Notes: generated by a model not told the origin, from the sequence alone. A stretch of 64,000 nucleotides of DNA from Candidatus Krumholzibacteriia bacterium (GCA_041484665.1 JBGPIA010000016.1:32001-96000), one strand, 5' to 3'; positions 18,853 to 28,445 are shown, counted from the first letter of the stretch. Program-made: numbers and translations.

Positions 18853-20270
18853 CAGGGAGCCTTGCCGCGGACCGGTCAGCGACCGAAACCCTGGCCTACG
18901 ACCTCGTGGTCGTGGGCTCGGGACCGGCCGGCGAGAAGGCCGCTGTCCAGGTGGCCTACTTCGGAAAGAGCGTCGCGCTCGTCGAGCGAGAGCCGGTGCT
19001 CGGTGGCGCGGCGGCCAACACAGGCACGCTTCCCAGCAAGACACTGCGCGAGACCGCGCTGATGCTGTCGGGATTCCGGGCTCGCGGGCTTCACGGCGTG
19101 GATCTCTCCGTCCGACGTCGCGCCTCGGTGCGCGATTTCCTGCAGCGCGAGCACCAGATCTCCGATGCGGAGCGCGAGCGCGTCGCGACAAATCTCCTCC
19201 GCCACGGGGTCACGCTGTACCACGGTGAGGCCGCATTCGTCGATCCGCACACCGTACAGGTGACTCCCGCCGGCTCTCCGCCCATTCGGCTGCGCGCCGA
19301 GATCATCCTGATCGCCACTGGCACCGCAGCCAACCGCCCCGCGAGACTCCCGTTCCACGATCCACGCGTCTACGACTCGGACACCATCCTCACCCTGAGC
19401 CGCCTGCCCGCCACCCTCGCGGTCCTGGGAGCGGGCGTGATCGGCAGCGAGTATGCCTGCACGTTCGCCGCCCTGGGTGTGGAGGTTCTCCTGATCGACG
19501 GACGCACCACGCTGCTCGGTTTCCTGGACGCGGAGCTTTCGGCCTCCCTGCGCCGGCGGATGGAGAAGATCGGAATCAGCTTCTTCATCCCCGACGACAT
19601 CGTCGCCTGCGCGCCGGGGGCGGCGGGACTGCGCTTGGAGCTCGCCTCCGGGCGCTCGCTGGGACCCGACGCGTTGCTGGTGACGGTGGGCCGGGAGGGC
19701 AACACCTCCCGCCTGAACCTCCAGGCGGCGGGCCTGGCCGCCGGCGAGCACGGCCTGCTCAAGGTCGACGACAGCTTCCGCACCTCCGTCCCGCACATCT
19801 ACGCCGCCGGCGACGTGATCGGCTTCCCCGCGCTCGCCTCGACCGCCATGGAGCAAGCGCGGATCGCGATGGTCCACGCCTTCGATCTCAAGTACAAAGA
19901 GCATCTGGCCCCGATCCTCCCCTACGGGATCTACACCATCCCCGAGGTATCAATGGCCGGCGCGACCGAGGAGTCGCTCCGCCATAAGGGCGTGGACTAC
20001 ATCCGCGGAATGGCGAGCTACGGACAGAATGCGCGCGGGCAGATCATCGCCGACGAAGAGGGCTTCCTGAAGCTCCTCTTCCGGCGCGAGGATATGAGGC
20101 TGCTCGGCGTCCACGTCATCGGCGAGCTGGCTTCGGAGATCGTCCACATCGGACTGGTCGCGCTCCTGTGCGGCGCGACCGCCGACCTCTTCATCCAGAC
20201 CTGTTTCAACTATCCGACACTGAGCGAGCTCTACAAGTACGCCACCTACGACGCAATGGGCAGGCGCTGA
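18849..20270 (+). CDS. sthA: Soluble (Si-specific) NAD(P)+ transhydrogenase
   Basis: VVGSGPAGEKAA, NTGTLPSKTLRE, YDSDTIL, GAGVIGSEYA, YAAGDVIGFPALASTAMEQAR, PYGIYTIPE, FNYPTLSELYK. Confidence 0.9.
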   Translation: MTGSLAADRSATETLAYDLVVVGSGPAGEKAAVQVAYFGKSVALVEREPVLGGAAANTGTLPSKTLRETALMLSGFRARGLHGVDLSVRRRASVRDFLQREHQISDAERERVATNLLRHGVTLYHGEAAFVDPHTVQVTPAGSPPIRLRAEIILIATGTAANRPARLPFHDPRVYDSDTILTLSRLPATLAVLGAGVIGSEYACTFAALGVEVLLIDGRTTLLGFLDAELSASLRRRMEKIGISFFIPDDIVACAPGAAGLRLELASGRSLGPDALLVTVGREGNTSRLNLQAAGLAAGEHGLLKVDDSFRTSVPHIYAAGDVIGFPALASTAMEQARIAMVHAFDLKYKEHLAPILPYGIYTIPEVSMAGATEESLRHKGVDYIRGMASYGQNARGQIIADEEGFLKLLFRREDMRLLGVHVIGELASEIVHIGLVALLCGATADLFIQTCFNYPTLSELYKYATYDAMGRR

Positions 20271-20416
20271 GGCCGCTGGGCAGGATGCGCGCGGCGGGTC
20301 CTCGACGGGGATCCAACTCTTTGTTTCAGCAACCGGCTGCCGGCATGAGGTGGACCTTGCTGAGGCTGGCCCAGGCCACGCCTGACGCCATGGACTCGCC
20401 CCTGGCCATCCGGCAA

Positions 20417-21055
20417 TCAGAGCTTGTAGAGCCCGTCCCGATTCGCCCCGAGCAGACCGGCCTGGTAGGAGCGCTCGTCAACCGGTGAGAGCCGCCTGGC
20501 CATCGATGGTGGGACGAGCCGCACCCGCCGGACCGCGTCGAGGCGCTCGGCGATGAGCTCGAGGTGTTCGTCGTCCGTCATCCAGTTGAACCGGTCGAAC
20601 GCCCGGAGATTGAGCGGCACCGTATACCCCCGGAGCGTCTTCTCCCGTTCCACGTTGTAGAATTGCTCGAAGTAGGACATCACCAGCTCGCGCAGATCGC
20701 GGTAGACCGGCTCGCGGTAGGTAAGGCCGGAGAAGTTCGATTTGGCGATTGCACCCCAGCAGCCCTTGAGCTTGTACACCGCCAGCAGATGGTCGTCGTC
20801 CCGATCGTTCGGGAGCATCTCCACGATGAGCGGTGGATACCCCAGGTTGCGCAAGACCGCTGCCGCAAACAGCGAGCCGTCGAAGCAATGGGCTGTCCGG
20901 TCACGGAGCACGCTCCGTGGGGAGCGGTATCGCGCGTCGGCACTGTAGGGAAGCTCCAGGAGGAATGATTGTATCTTGTGGGGAGTGTTGAGACCTTCCA
21001 GAAGCGCCAGCTCGTCAGGCGTCAGTGCAGCTGCAGCGACCGCTGCCCGTTTCAT
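20417..21055 (-). CDS. Conserved hypothetical protein with a transglutaminase-like Cys-His pattern
   Basis: TPHKIQSFL..SPRSVLRDRTAHCFDGSLFAAA..DDDHLLAVY..WGAIAKSNFSGL.YREPVYR..LVMSYF. Confidence 0.75.
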   Translation of the reverse strand: MKRAAVAAAALTPDELALLEGLNTPHKIQSFLLELPYSADARYRSPRSVLRDRTAHCFDGSLFAAAVLRNLGYPPLIVEMLPNDRDDDHLLAVYKLKGCWGAIAKSNFSGLTYREPVYRDLRELVMSYFEQFYNVEREKTLRGYTVPLNLRAFDRFNWMTDDEHLELIAERLDAVRRVRLVPPSMARRLSPVDERSYQAGLLGANRDGLYKL

Positions 21056-21479
21056 GGTAACTGTCTCTCGTTCCCGCCGGGCCCCATGGCTGCGGTTGGG
21101 GTGCCGACTCAACGTAGGGGAGGCGAGGGGAGCCCGGAAAGCGGCGTGGCTCCACCGCCCTCAGGTTCACCGCCCCCAGAGAGCGCAACCACGGTTCCCA
21201 CTCCCACGCCAGCGAGACCACCCCAGAACCACCACTTGCTGAAGAGTCCGCCTTCAGGGAGGGTCACGCTCAGAGCGATTCTGGACCCAAAACCAGGGGA
21301 GCATCCAGCAGGATCTTTTGATCCGCCGTCCCGGGACGCACGCTGCGGCGCTCGACACGGGCCCCACCACGGTCGGCGCCACGCCGAGCCGGGAGCGGAT
21401 CGGCATCAGCGGGGGCCGGCGTTCGGCGCGGCGACCTCGAGGCTCAAGGGTTGGGGGCGGGCCGTGGACCGGACCCCTC

Positions 21480-22260
21480 TCACCGCAGGTGCAGGAGATC
21501 GTGCTCGACTGGAATCTCCGCCGACTCCGGGGTGGAAGCCCTGAAGTGCGCCTCGATCACGCCGGCAATCACGCGGTGGCCGTACTCATTGGGGTGCCCA
21601 TCGAACGACATCGGGTAGGGTTGGGGCCCGGCCGCCAGCTGGGCCTGGAGCGGCTGCAGGGCATCGACCTGAGCACGATGAGCCGGATCCCGTCGCGGGC
21701 CGCGACCTGCTGCATCCTGAGAATCGCTTCGAGCGCAATCCGCTGCCCCTCGCGGATCCTTGGGTCCTCGAGATCGAGGGCCGACAACCGATGCACGGAA
21801 GTGAAGACGGTCCGGGCATGCTCGGCAAAACATCTTCGCGACACGTTTCGCGATCGGCTCGGACTCCTCCGCTTCCATTAGAGCGTGCACGCGTTGGGGA
21901 TCCTGGCTCTTCAGGTCCGGGAGTTGCCCACGATCATGGACAATCTTGAACGCATCGAAGAAATCGTTGCCCGAGTCGAGCGCCTCGATGACGATGGCCG
22001 GTTTCAGCCGGAGCGCTTCGTCCCAGAGGATGACACTGTGGACGGGGCAATTCGTGGTCTCGCAGCGCAGGATTCGGTCGGGATCCGAGACGCTGGTCGG
22101 GAATCACTGGAGAGGTGATCGCGGGGTCCCAGGGAGAGCAGAGGACGAGGCGTACCTGGGGTGACATCGGAGCAAGGAGCGCAAGGGTCAGTTCGATGTT
22201 CAGCGCGCAGATGAGCGCGAGAGCGGCCGCGAACATCGCTTTCTTCCGATTCAGGGCCAT
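21480..22260 (-). pseudogene. Degraded membrane-anchored SGNH/GDSL hydrolase
   Basis: Consecutive fragments in different frames: a TM N-terminus ending RPNPALRDHE; LWDEALRLKPAIVIEALDSGNDFFD (block III); LSALDLEDPRIREG..IRLIVL; and PYPMSFDGHPNEYGHRVIA (block V). No GDS block is visible. Confidence 0.7.
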
Positions 22261-22390
22261 TCACGCTTCTCCCGCGCGTGAGGGTGGCCTGATGGTCGAC
22301 CGTGGTACGCTGGAGAAAGCTCCGCCGCCAGGTGCCGGCTGGACGGCAGCATGAGGGTCGCAGGAGCATTCGGCTCGAGGCGCCACCCCA

Positions 22391-23935
22391 TCACTGCGGG
22401 ACCCGGCTCAGCCTGCGTCTGAGCTGTGCGAGATGAAGGTCCTGGGGCTGCAGAAAGCTGGGATCGATGGCCTCGATCCAATGGTCGGAGTACTCCGACC
22501 TGTTCACGCCGGACATGGCGATGATCGTCAGCTGCGGATAGGCGGGAATCGGCATGGGCTGGTCCGTTGCCCGGATGTTCCAGAAGGTCTCGCGCGCGGC
22601 CGAATGGGGTCCCCACCCAGCGGCGGGGCCACCGTTGACCCAAAGACGGGTTCCGGGTCCGACGTCGAGGTCGGTGAAGAGGTTCTCGTAGGGGGCTCCA
22701 GTGTGATGATCGAAGCAGAGATCGACGCCGCGTCCCTTGGAGAACACGTTTCCATTCGAGAGGGCGTCGACGGTCAGATCATGGGTGAATCGGGTTTCGA
22801 TGCGGAAGCCGGTAACGAGGACATCGTTCGGACCCTCCAGGGAGATGCCATGGTGCCCCGTGATCTCGCCCGCGCGCCGATCGTTTGCGAGGCGGACTCC
22901 CGAGATGGTGCCGAAGCAGCTCGGTCCATCCGACACGATCCCGCTGTCGGCATCCAGGATCTCGACATCGCAGATCCAGAACTGGTGGATGTGCTCGAGG
23001 AAGATACCGTTGTTTCCCGGCTCCACCAGGTGGCCTGCATAGGGGACGGGAGCGAACTCGATCGACAGCTCCTCGATGCCCACCTCCGTCACGGTCGGCT
23101 CGTGGGAGAAGACCGTGGGCTTCCACTCGGGCCGCACGTCCACGCGGAGCGGGCGCTCGATGATGATGGCGGTCTGCTCGACCGCGAGGATCGGAGTCAC
23201 GAAGTCCACGAGCCGCTCATGCGCCCACTTCACCAGGTCCGGTCCGGGCTCCACGGGTCGGGTGTGCAGATGCTCCCAGAGCGATCCGTCCGTGGCGTAT
23301 TGGACGAGTCGAACCAGCTGACCCGCAGCGAGGCCGTCGGTCGTCGAGAGGACGAGACGATGGTCTCCCCGTTTGGCTGGCTCCACCACGTCCGCAATCC
23401 GGGTTCCCCGGTCCTCTCCGGTGAGCCAGATGAACCCTCCGCCCCATGACCAATAGCCATTGTCTCCATGCGACGCGGGCGCCGGGCCGAGGATCTCACG
23501 AAGGGACTTCGGGAAGTAGAGGGTCGTCCTTCCCGGGCCTTCCCCGCGGAGAACGAGACCGGGGCGGTCGATCCGGAGCACCTGTGTCAGCAGATAGCGC
23601 CCTTGCGGAATCGCCACCGCGCCCCGCTTGACGGCTGCGATCGCTTCGAGGAAAGCCCTGCTGTCGTCGGAGACACCGTCACCCTTGGCTCCAAAGTCCC
23701 GCACATTCGCCGCCACGGGTGGGTGGGGAATGGGCCGCTGTCCCATGCCGTAGCCGGCGAAGGAGAAGTCGGGAAGTCGCCCGGCAGCATCCCAGCGCTC
23801 CCCGGCCTCTCCCCAGAGTCCGGAGTGGCGAATCGGCGCGGCCGGCGGTTCTGATCGGCGGAGGAAGTGAACCAGAGCCCCAGCGAGGAGGCCCAGGAGG
23901 GCGAGAACGGTGACGACTCGCAACGCCTTCATCAT
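22391..23935 (-). CDS. Membrane-anchored or secreted parallel beta-helix protein (pectate lyase superfamily / GH28-related)
   Basis: N-terminal TM, RLPDFSFAGY, NVRDFGAKGDGVSDDSRAF..IPQGRY..LVLRGEG, and beta-helix repeats. Confidence 0.82.
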   Translation of the reverse strand: MMKALRVVTVLALLGLLAGALVHFLRRSEPPAAPIRHSGLWGEAGERWDAAGRLPDFSFAGYGMGQRPIPHPPVAANVRDFGAKGDGVSDDSRAFLEAIAAVKRGAVAIPQGRYLLTQVLRIDRPGLVLRGEGPGRTTLYFPKSLREILGPAPASHGDNGYWSWGGGFIWLTGEDRGTRIADVVEPAKRGDHRLVLSTTDGLAAGQLVRLVQYATDGSLWEHLHTRPVEPGPDLVKWAHERLVDFVTPILAVEQTAIIIERPLRVDVRPEWKPTVFSHEPTVTEVGIEELSIEFAPVPYAGHLVEPGNNGIFLEHIHQFWICDVEILDADSGIVSDGPSCFGTISGVRLANDRRAGEITGHHGISLEGPNDVLVTGFRIETRFTHDLTVDALSNGNVFSKGRGVDLCFDHHTGAPYENLFTDLDVGPGTRLWVNGGPAAGWGPHSAARETFWNIRATDQPMPIPAYPQLTIIAMSGVNRSEYSDHWIEAIDPSFLQPQDLHLAQLRRRLSRVPQ

Positions 23936-24080
23936 CGTCGTCAACTCGACCTCTCACAACGGAAAGGCCGGGCCCAGTGCCGGATCGGTGATCGCCGGGA
24001 GTCGCCAAGCGCTGCGGTACGCGTTCGTTCGCAGCACCCGGCTTCTTCAGGCCTCACGCCGGATCTCGATGACGAGGGCG

Positions 24081-25469
24081 TCAGCGGTTGCCGCTGAGAG
24101 CATCTTTGAAGGATCCCCAGGAGCGCGTCGAGCTCGGCGCACCGGTCTCTCCCTCGCCCGGCGGTGCCATGTCGGCAGTCGCGTTGTCGATGACGAGCAC
24201 CCAATCCTGAGCGGAGGGGGGCATGAAATCCCGGGGGCCGCTGTTGGGCAAGCTCCCCACGAGTTGGTTGCTCCCATCCGCGGGGTCGTACCACCACACC
24301 TTCGCGGCATTGCCAGAAATCCGCCCCATGTCGATCCGCAGCGACCGCCGCACCGGAGTGTAGACGAGCAGCGTGTTTCCGTCCGTGGTCCGCGCGGCGG
24401 GCGCGTAGTCCGCGGTGTCGACGTTCCCGTATCCCGCTGTGAGAGCTGTGTGGGAGTAGTCGGGAACCAGCAGATCCCACCGGCGGGAGCGCAGCAGCCG
24501 GCCGAACGCGGCCATCGCTTGCGTGCCCTGGGAATCCAGGACGGTGTCCCAGCTGCTGGTGAAGTCCCAGATCGGTCCAACCCCGAAGAACTGGCCCACG
24601 GCACCACCCAAGAGCGACCAGTAGGCTTGGGAACGGATGCATGCGGGCGTCCAGCCCGACTCGAATTCGTACTGCCCCTCGATCAGGACGAACGGCCGCG
24701 CAGGAGAGCGCTGGTAGTCGGTGCGAAGCTGCAGCGGGCTCTGGATGCAATCGGCGTAGGTCGTATTGAAGTCGAGCCATGGCCGGTCGTAGCAGTCCAG
24801 GGCAGAGGAGAAGCGCTGGCAGTGCGCGGTGTGCAGGTGGTTGGGGTCGGTGTCGCGGATACCCAAGGCAACGGCGTCAACGACGGCCAGTGCACCAAAC
24901 GCGGAAGCATCGGCGTCGCCTCCGTGCACCCAGATGATATTGGGCTGATTCGCGTAACGACTCCCCACCCAGCGGCCGTACGCGCGCATGGCAGTCGTGC
25001 CGTTCTGCTTCATCTGCGCGCACCAACCCGAGTTGTTGCAATTGAAGCCGATGTAGGCGGGAGCCAGGAACACCGTGAAGCCACGGAGGTTTGCCTGCTC
25101 CAGCACCCAGTCGGCGTGGGCGAAGTAGGCCTCGTTCGGCGTCGCGAAGTTCCCGGGGGTGAGGAACGGAGGCGCGCCGTAGGCGTTGTTGGAACTTCCG
25201 GTGCTATATCCGACGGAGACGATGAGGGACAACAGGAGCGTGTTGAACCCCTTCGCCTTGCGGTCGTCCAGGTAGAGGGTCGCGTCCTCGCGGGTCAGCC
25301 GTGCGATGAGATGCCAGGGCGAGTCGGCGTTGAAGAAGATCGGTTTACCCTGCTGGTCGATGATGCTGTGGCTACCTGCGGCGACGTGCAGCGGGTAGCT
25401 GGGCGCTGCCCATGCCGGGCCCCCCACGACCACGGCAAGCGCCGCGGCGCCGATGATCCATCTCTTCAT
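24081..25469 (-). CDS. Secreted DUF4038 / GH140 apiosidase-like glycoside hydrolase with a putative collagen-binding-type domain
   Basis: Signal peptide; GKPIFFNADSPW, YLDDRKAKGFN, PNEAYFAHAD, PNIIWVHGGD, LIEGQYE, WWYDPADG, DWVLVI; the C-terminal tail is TRSWGSFKDAL. Confidence 0.85.
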   Translation of the reverse strand: MKRWIIGAAALAVVVGGPAWAAPSYPLHVAAGSHSIIDQQGKPIFFNADSPWHLIARLTREDATLYLDDRKAKGFNTLLLSLIVSVGYSTGSSNNAYGAPPFLTPGNFATPNEAYFAHADWVLEQANLRGFTVFLAPAYIGFNCNNSGWCAQMKQNGTTAMRAYGRWVGSRYANQPNIIWVHGGDADASAFGALAVVDAVALGIRDTDPNHLHTAHCQRFSSALDCYDRPWLDFNTTYADCIQSPLQLRTDYQRSPARPFVLIEGQYEFESGWTPACIRSQAYWSLLGGAVGQFFGVGPIWDFTSSWDTVLDSQGTQAMAAFGRLLRSRRWDLLVPDYSHTALTAGYGNVDTADYAPAARTTDGNTLLVYTPVRRSLRIDMGRISGNAAKVWWYDPADGSNQLVGSLPNSGPRDFMPPSAQDWVLVIDNATADMAPPGEGETGAPSSTRSWGSFKDALSGNR

Positions 25470-25596
25470 GCTGCGATCCTCACGGAAGCTGGTGCAGTTC
25501 GAGATGGGTGCTCCCCGCCCGCGAGCGCGGTCTGATCGGGAGATGCCGCGTGGGCAGCAACGCTTGCTTGGTAGAGTACCACGAAGCAGGCCCAGC

Positions 25597-25823
25597 GTGC
25601 CAGCCGCCTCCACGTCCTTTGGGCACCGGTTCCGCAGGTTCGGCTTGGGCCGGCTGAGCTGTTGAAGGCCCGCAAGGCCCTCCTCCTCGCAGCGCTCCTC
25701 GATGCGGCAGAACGGGTCGCTCGCGAGACCCCGCTACCGACTGGCCTCGCTCGCGTGGCCCAGGGCGACAGCCAGATCTAGCACTCCCATCTTCTGTTGG
25801 ATAAGCTCCGTCCGGGTCGTCAC
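25597..25823 (-). mobile_element. Degenerate N-terminal fragment of an IS481-family transposase
   Basis: Manual translation gives MTTRTELIQQKMGVLDLAVALGHASEASR*RGLASDPFCRIEERCEEEGLAGLQQLSRPKPNLRNRCPKDVEAA. This matches the IS481 HTH pattern (K.GLL.LA..LGNVS.AC..G.SRDTFYR..GG..L..SR.KPNL.NR) and has an internal stop. Confidence 0.75.
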
Positions 25824-25943
25824 CGGTTCATCCCGTTTGGTTTGGGTTGAAGTTCCCCACAAGCGTACCCGGACGACCCGCCCTCCGCTAGGCCGGGCGT
25901 CGATTCAAGTCGTAGCAACCGCTCAGGAGAGTAGCGTGCCATC

Positions 25944-27521
25944 GTGACCCGGCCCTCCGCTCGATCCGGCCGGTTTGCCGCTGTGGTGGCCGCAGGCATC
26001 CTCTTGAGCCGCCTGGCCGGGCTCGTGCGTGAGCGGATCTTCTCCCACTACTTCGGGCTCTCCGACGCCGGCGACGTCTTCAAGGCGGCCTTCAAGATCC
26101 CCAACCTCCTGCAGAATCTCTTCGGCGAAGGGGTGCTCTCCGCTTCGTTCATCCCGGTCTACGCGCGGCTCCTCGCGGAAGGCGACGAACAGGAGGCCGA
26201 TCGCACCGCCGGTGCGGTCTTCTCCCTGCTCGCCCTGGTCGTCGCAGTCCTCGTCCTGGTCGGCGTGCTCGCCGCGCCGTGGCTGGTCGACGCTGTCGCA
26301 CCGGGGTTTGCCGGGGAGAAGCGGGCGTTCCTGGTCCGGCTCGTAAAGATCGTGTTCCCAGGGACCGGGCTGCTCGTGATGTCGGCCTGGTGTCTCGGCG
26401 TCCTGAACAGCCACCGGCGGTTCTTTCTCTCCTACTCCGCACCACTGGCCTGGAACGCGGTGATGATCGGCTCGCTGCTGGCTCTCGGCGGCCGCGCCGG
26501 GCAATATCGGCTCGCCGAGCTGACGGCCTGGGCGTCGGTGGGCGGGAGCGCGTTGCAGTTCCTCGTGCAGCTCCCGGTGGTCCTGCGCCTGGCCCCGGGT
26601 CTGCGGCTCGGGCTGGGGCTGCGGTCGCCGCACGTGCGGCAGGTCGTGAGCAGCCTCGGCCCCGTCCTCCTGAGCCGTGGCAGCGTGCAGGTGAGCGCCT
26701 ACATCGACAACCTGCTCGCCAGCTTTCTCTCCACCGGGGCCGTGACTGCGCTCTACAACGCGCAGACGATCTACCTACTCCCCGTGAGCCTCTTTGGCAT
26801 GTCGGTCTCGGCCGCGGAGCTGCCCTTCATGTCCGGTACGACCGGAGAGGCGAAGGAAGTGAACGCCGCGCTGCGGGAGCGCCTGAACGTGGGCCTGCGG
26901 CGTATCGCGTTCTTCGTCGTCCCCTCCGCCATGGCCTTTCTCGCTCTGGGCGACGTCGTCACTGGGGTGATCTACCAGACCGGCCGCTTCGGTCGCGCCG
27001 ACTCGGTGTACGTCTGGGCGATTCTGGCGGGAGCCGCCATCGGCCTGCTCGCCACCACCGCAGGGCGCCTGTACGCCTCGACCTTCTACGCGCTGCGCGA
27101 CACGCGCACGCCGCTGCGTTGTGCCGTCGTACGCGTGATCCTCACGACGGGATTCGGGTACTTGATGGCCTTCCCCCTGCCGGACCTGCTGGGAATCGGG
27201 CAGCGTTGGGGCGTGGCCGGCCTCACCACATCCGCCGGCATCGCCGGGTGGGTCGAGTTCTTGCTGCTTCGTCGCGCGCTGAACCGGCGCATCGGGCCGA
27301 CGGGATTGCCCGGCCGCCTGCTTGCCCGGCTCTGGGTGGCCGCGGCTTGCGCCGCCGCCATCGCCTGGGGCGTGAAGCCCGGTATGCCGGCGCAACGACC
27401 GCTGTTCGCAGGGCTCTGCGTGCTCGCGCTGTATGGTGTCGCGCACTTGAGCCTGACCTGGATCCTGCGGGTGGAGGAGGCGCGATCGCTCGTGGCGCGG
27501 ATCGTGCGGCGACGTGCTTGA
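25944..27521 (+). CDS. murJ: Lipid II flippase MurJ (MviN)
   Basis: LSRLAGLVRE, AFKIPNLLQNLFGEGVLSASFIPVY, QTGRF, FYALRDTRTPL; about 14 TM helices. Confidence 0.95.
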   Translation: MTRPSARSGRFAAVVAAGILLSRLAGLVRERIFSHYFGLSDAGDVFKAAFKIPNLLQNLFGEGVLSASFIPVYARLLAEGDEQEADRTAGAVFSLLALVVAVLVLVGVLAAPWLVDAVAPGFAGEKRAFLVRLVKIVFPGTGLLVMSAWCLGVLNSHRRFFLSYSAPLAWNAVMIGSLLALGGRAGQYRLAELTAWASVGGSALQFLVQLPVVLRLAPGLRLGLGLRSPHVRQVVSSLGPVLLSRGSVQVSAYIDNLLASFLSTGAVTALYNAQTIYLLPVSLFGMSVSAAELPFMSGTTGEAKEVNAALRERLNVGLRRIAFFVVPSAMAFLALGDVVTGVIYQTGRFGRADSVYVWAILAGAAIGLLATTAGRLYASTFYALRDTRTPLRCAVVRVILTTGFGYLMAFPLPDLLGIGQRWGVAGLTTSAGIAGWVEFLLLRRALNRRIGPTGLPGRLLARLWVAAACAAAIAWGVKPGMPAQRPLFAGLCVLALYGVAHLSLTWILRVEEARSLVARIVRRRA

Positions 27522-27698
27522 GAGTGGATCGAATCCGGGAGGGTGACGCGGGCGGACGCGCTCGCAGCGCCGGTGGCACGAATGGAACCCCGCCGCTGCC
27601 GTGACAACGGCCGGGAGGCGCGCCGTTTTCAGGCAGGACAGCGAGCGGCCACCTGGCTGGTGCTCAAGCAGCGAGCGTGCATGGAATGTGCGGGGTCA

Positions 27699-27724
27699 CG
27701 GCGCGCGTGCCTTGCGGCGCGCCG
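27699..27724 (-). terminator. GC-rich stem-loop with a GCAA tetraloop downstream of the small peptide gene
   Basis: The minus strand reads cggcgc-gcc-GCAA-ggc-ac-gcgcgccg, 30 nt after the TAG. There is no U-tract, so it may be a stabiliser rather than a classic terminator. Confidence 0.35.
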
Positions 27725-27754
27725 CCTCATCCGGTCCGGTCCAGGAGGAGAACC

Positions 27755-27925
27755 CTAGGGTTGCCCGAAGATGTCGTACGTGCTCGAGGGCCCGCTCTTG
27801 CTGTTCGGAGGCCCGAAATTCGTGAACAGAGTCACGTCCTTCAGGTTCTCATGACGGCGCACGACCGGCGGCTCGTAGCGACGCTTCGGCGGTTGCCCTG
27901 GGGTCTGCGCAACGTTGCTCTCCAT
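27755..27925 (-). CDS. Small RiPP precursor-like peptide (56 aa) with a lasso/RRE-type leader
   Basis: MESNVAQTPGQPPKRRYEPPVVRRHENLKDVT-LFTNFGPPNSKSGPSSTYDIFGQP. The leader has YxxP..L..T with canonical spacing, and AAGG lies upstream of the ATG. Confidence 0.65.
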   Translation of the reverse strand: MESNVAQTPGQPPKRRYEPPVVRRHENLKDVTLFTNFGPPNSKSGPSSTYDIFGQP

Positions 27926-28445
27926 AAGGTGCCTTGTCGATTGCCCCCAGAACCCGAGAAGCACAGTGTGTCGCCCATTGAGTGTATCACGACTTCACAT
28001 TGCAAGCAGGGCCACGAGCGGGATCGCGGGCGATCGTGTGGTGGAATCCGCGGTCCGGCTCCATCCGCGCGCCGCGCGCGATACAATCGCACCGTTTGAG
28101 GACCACTCGACGACACCGGGAACGACCCTCCACCAACGGGAGCCGCTGGTAAGCGGCGGGCACGGCGCGCCCCCCGCTGCGCCGCACGCTGTCCGATCGT
28201 CCCCTGCCGCGCGCCCGGCCGCCGCACCGTCAGGTCCTTCGTGCAGTCCACCGCGCACTCGCGGCACTTCTCTGTAGACCTGCTGGACGAGGGCCCCGGG
28301 GCCTCCGCAGCCGAGCTCATCGCAAGGCGCAAGCGCCGGCTCCGCGTCTCTTGGAGTCTTCGCCGAACCTTTCGGCTGCGCCGCCGTAGTGGACCTGGCC
28401 ACTGATTCGTCCCACAGCACATCAGCCTTCAGGAGACAGAGCCCC

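Noticed and set aside
20315..20345. TTGTTTCAGCAACCGGC, resembling an IS/MITE end
   Set aside because: I found no partner inverted repeat or transposase nearby.
21110..21300. Possible glycine-riboswitch-like words (CTCAGG, GAGAG, GCTGAAG...CTTCAGG)
   Set aside because: They are on the plus strand with no downstream plus-strand gene, and I could not build the pairing. An Rfam/Infernal scan would settle it.
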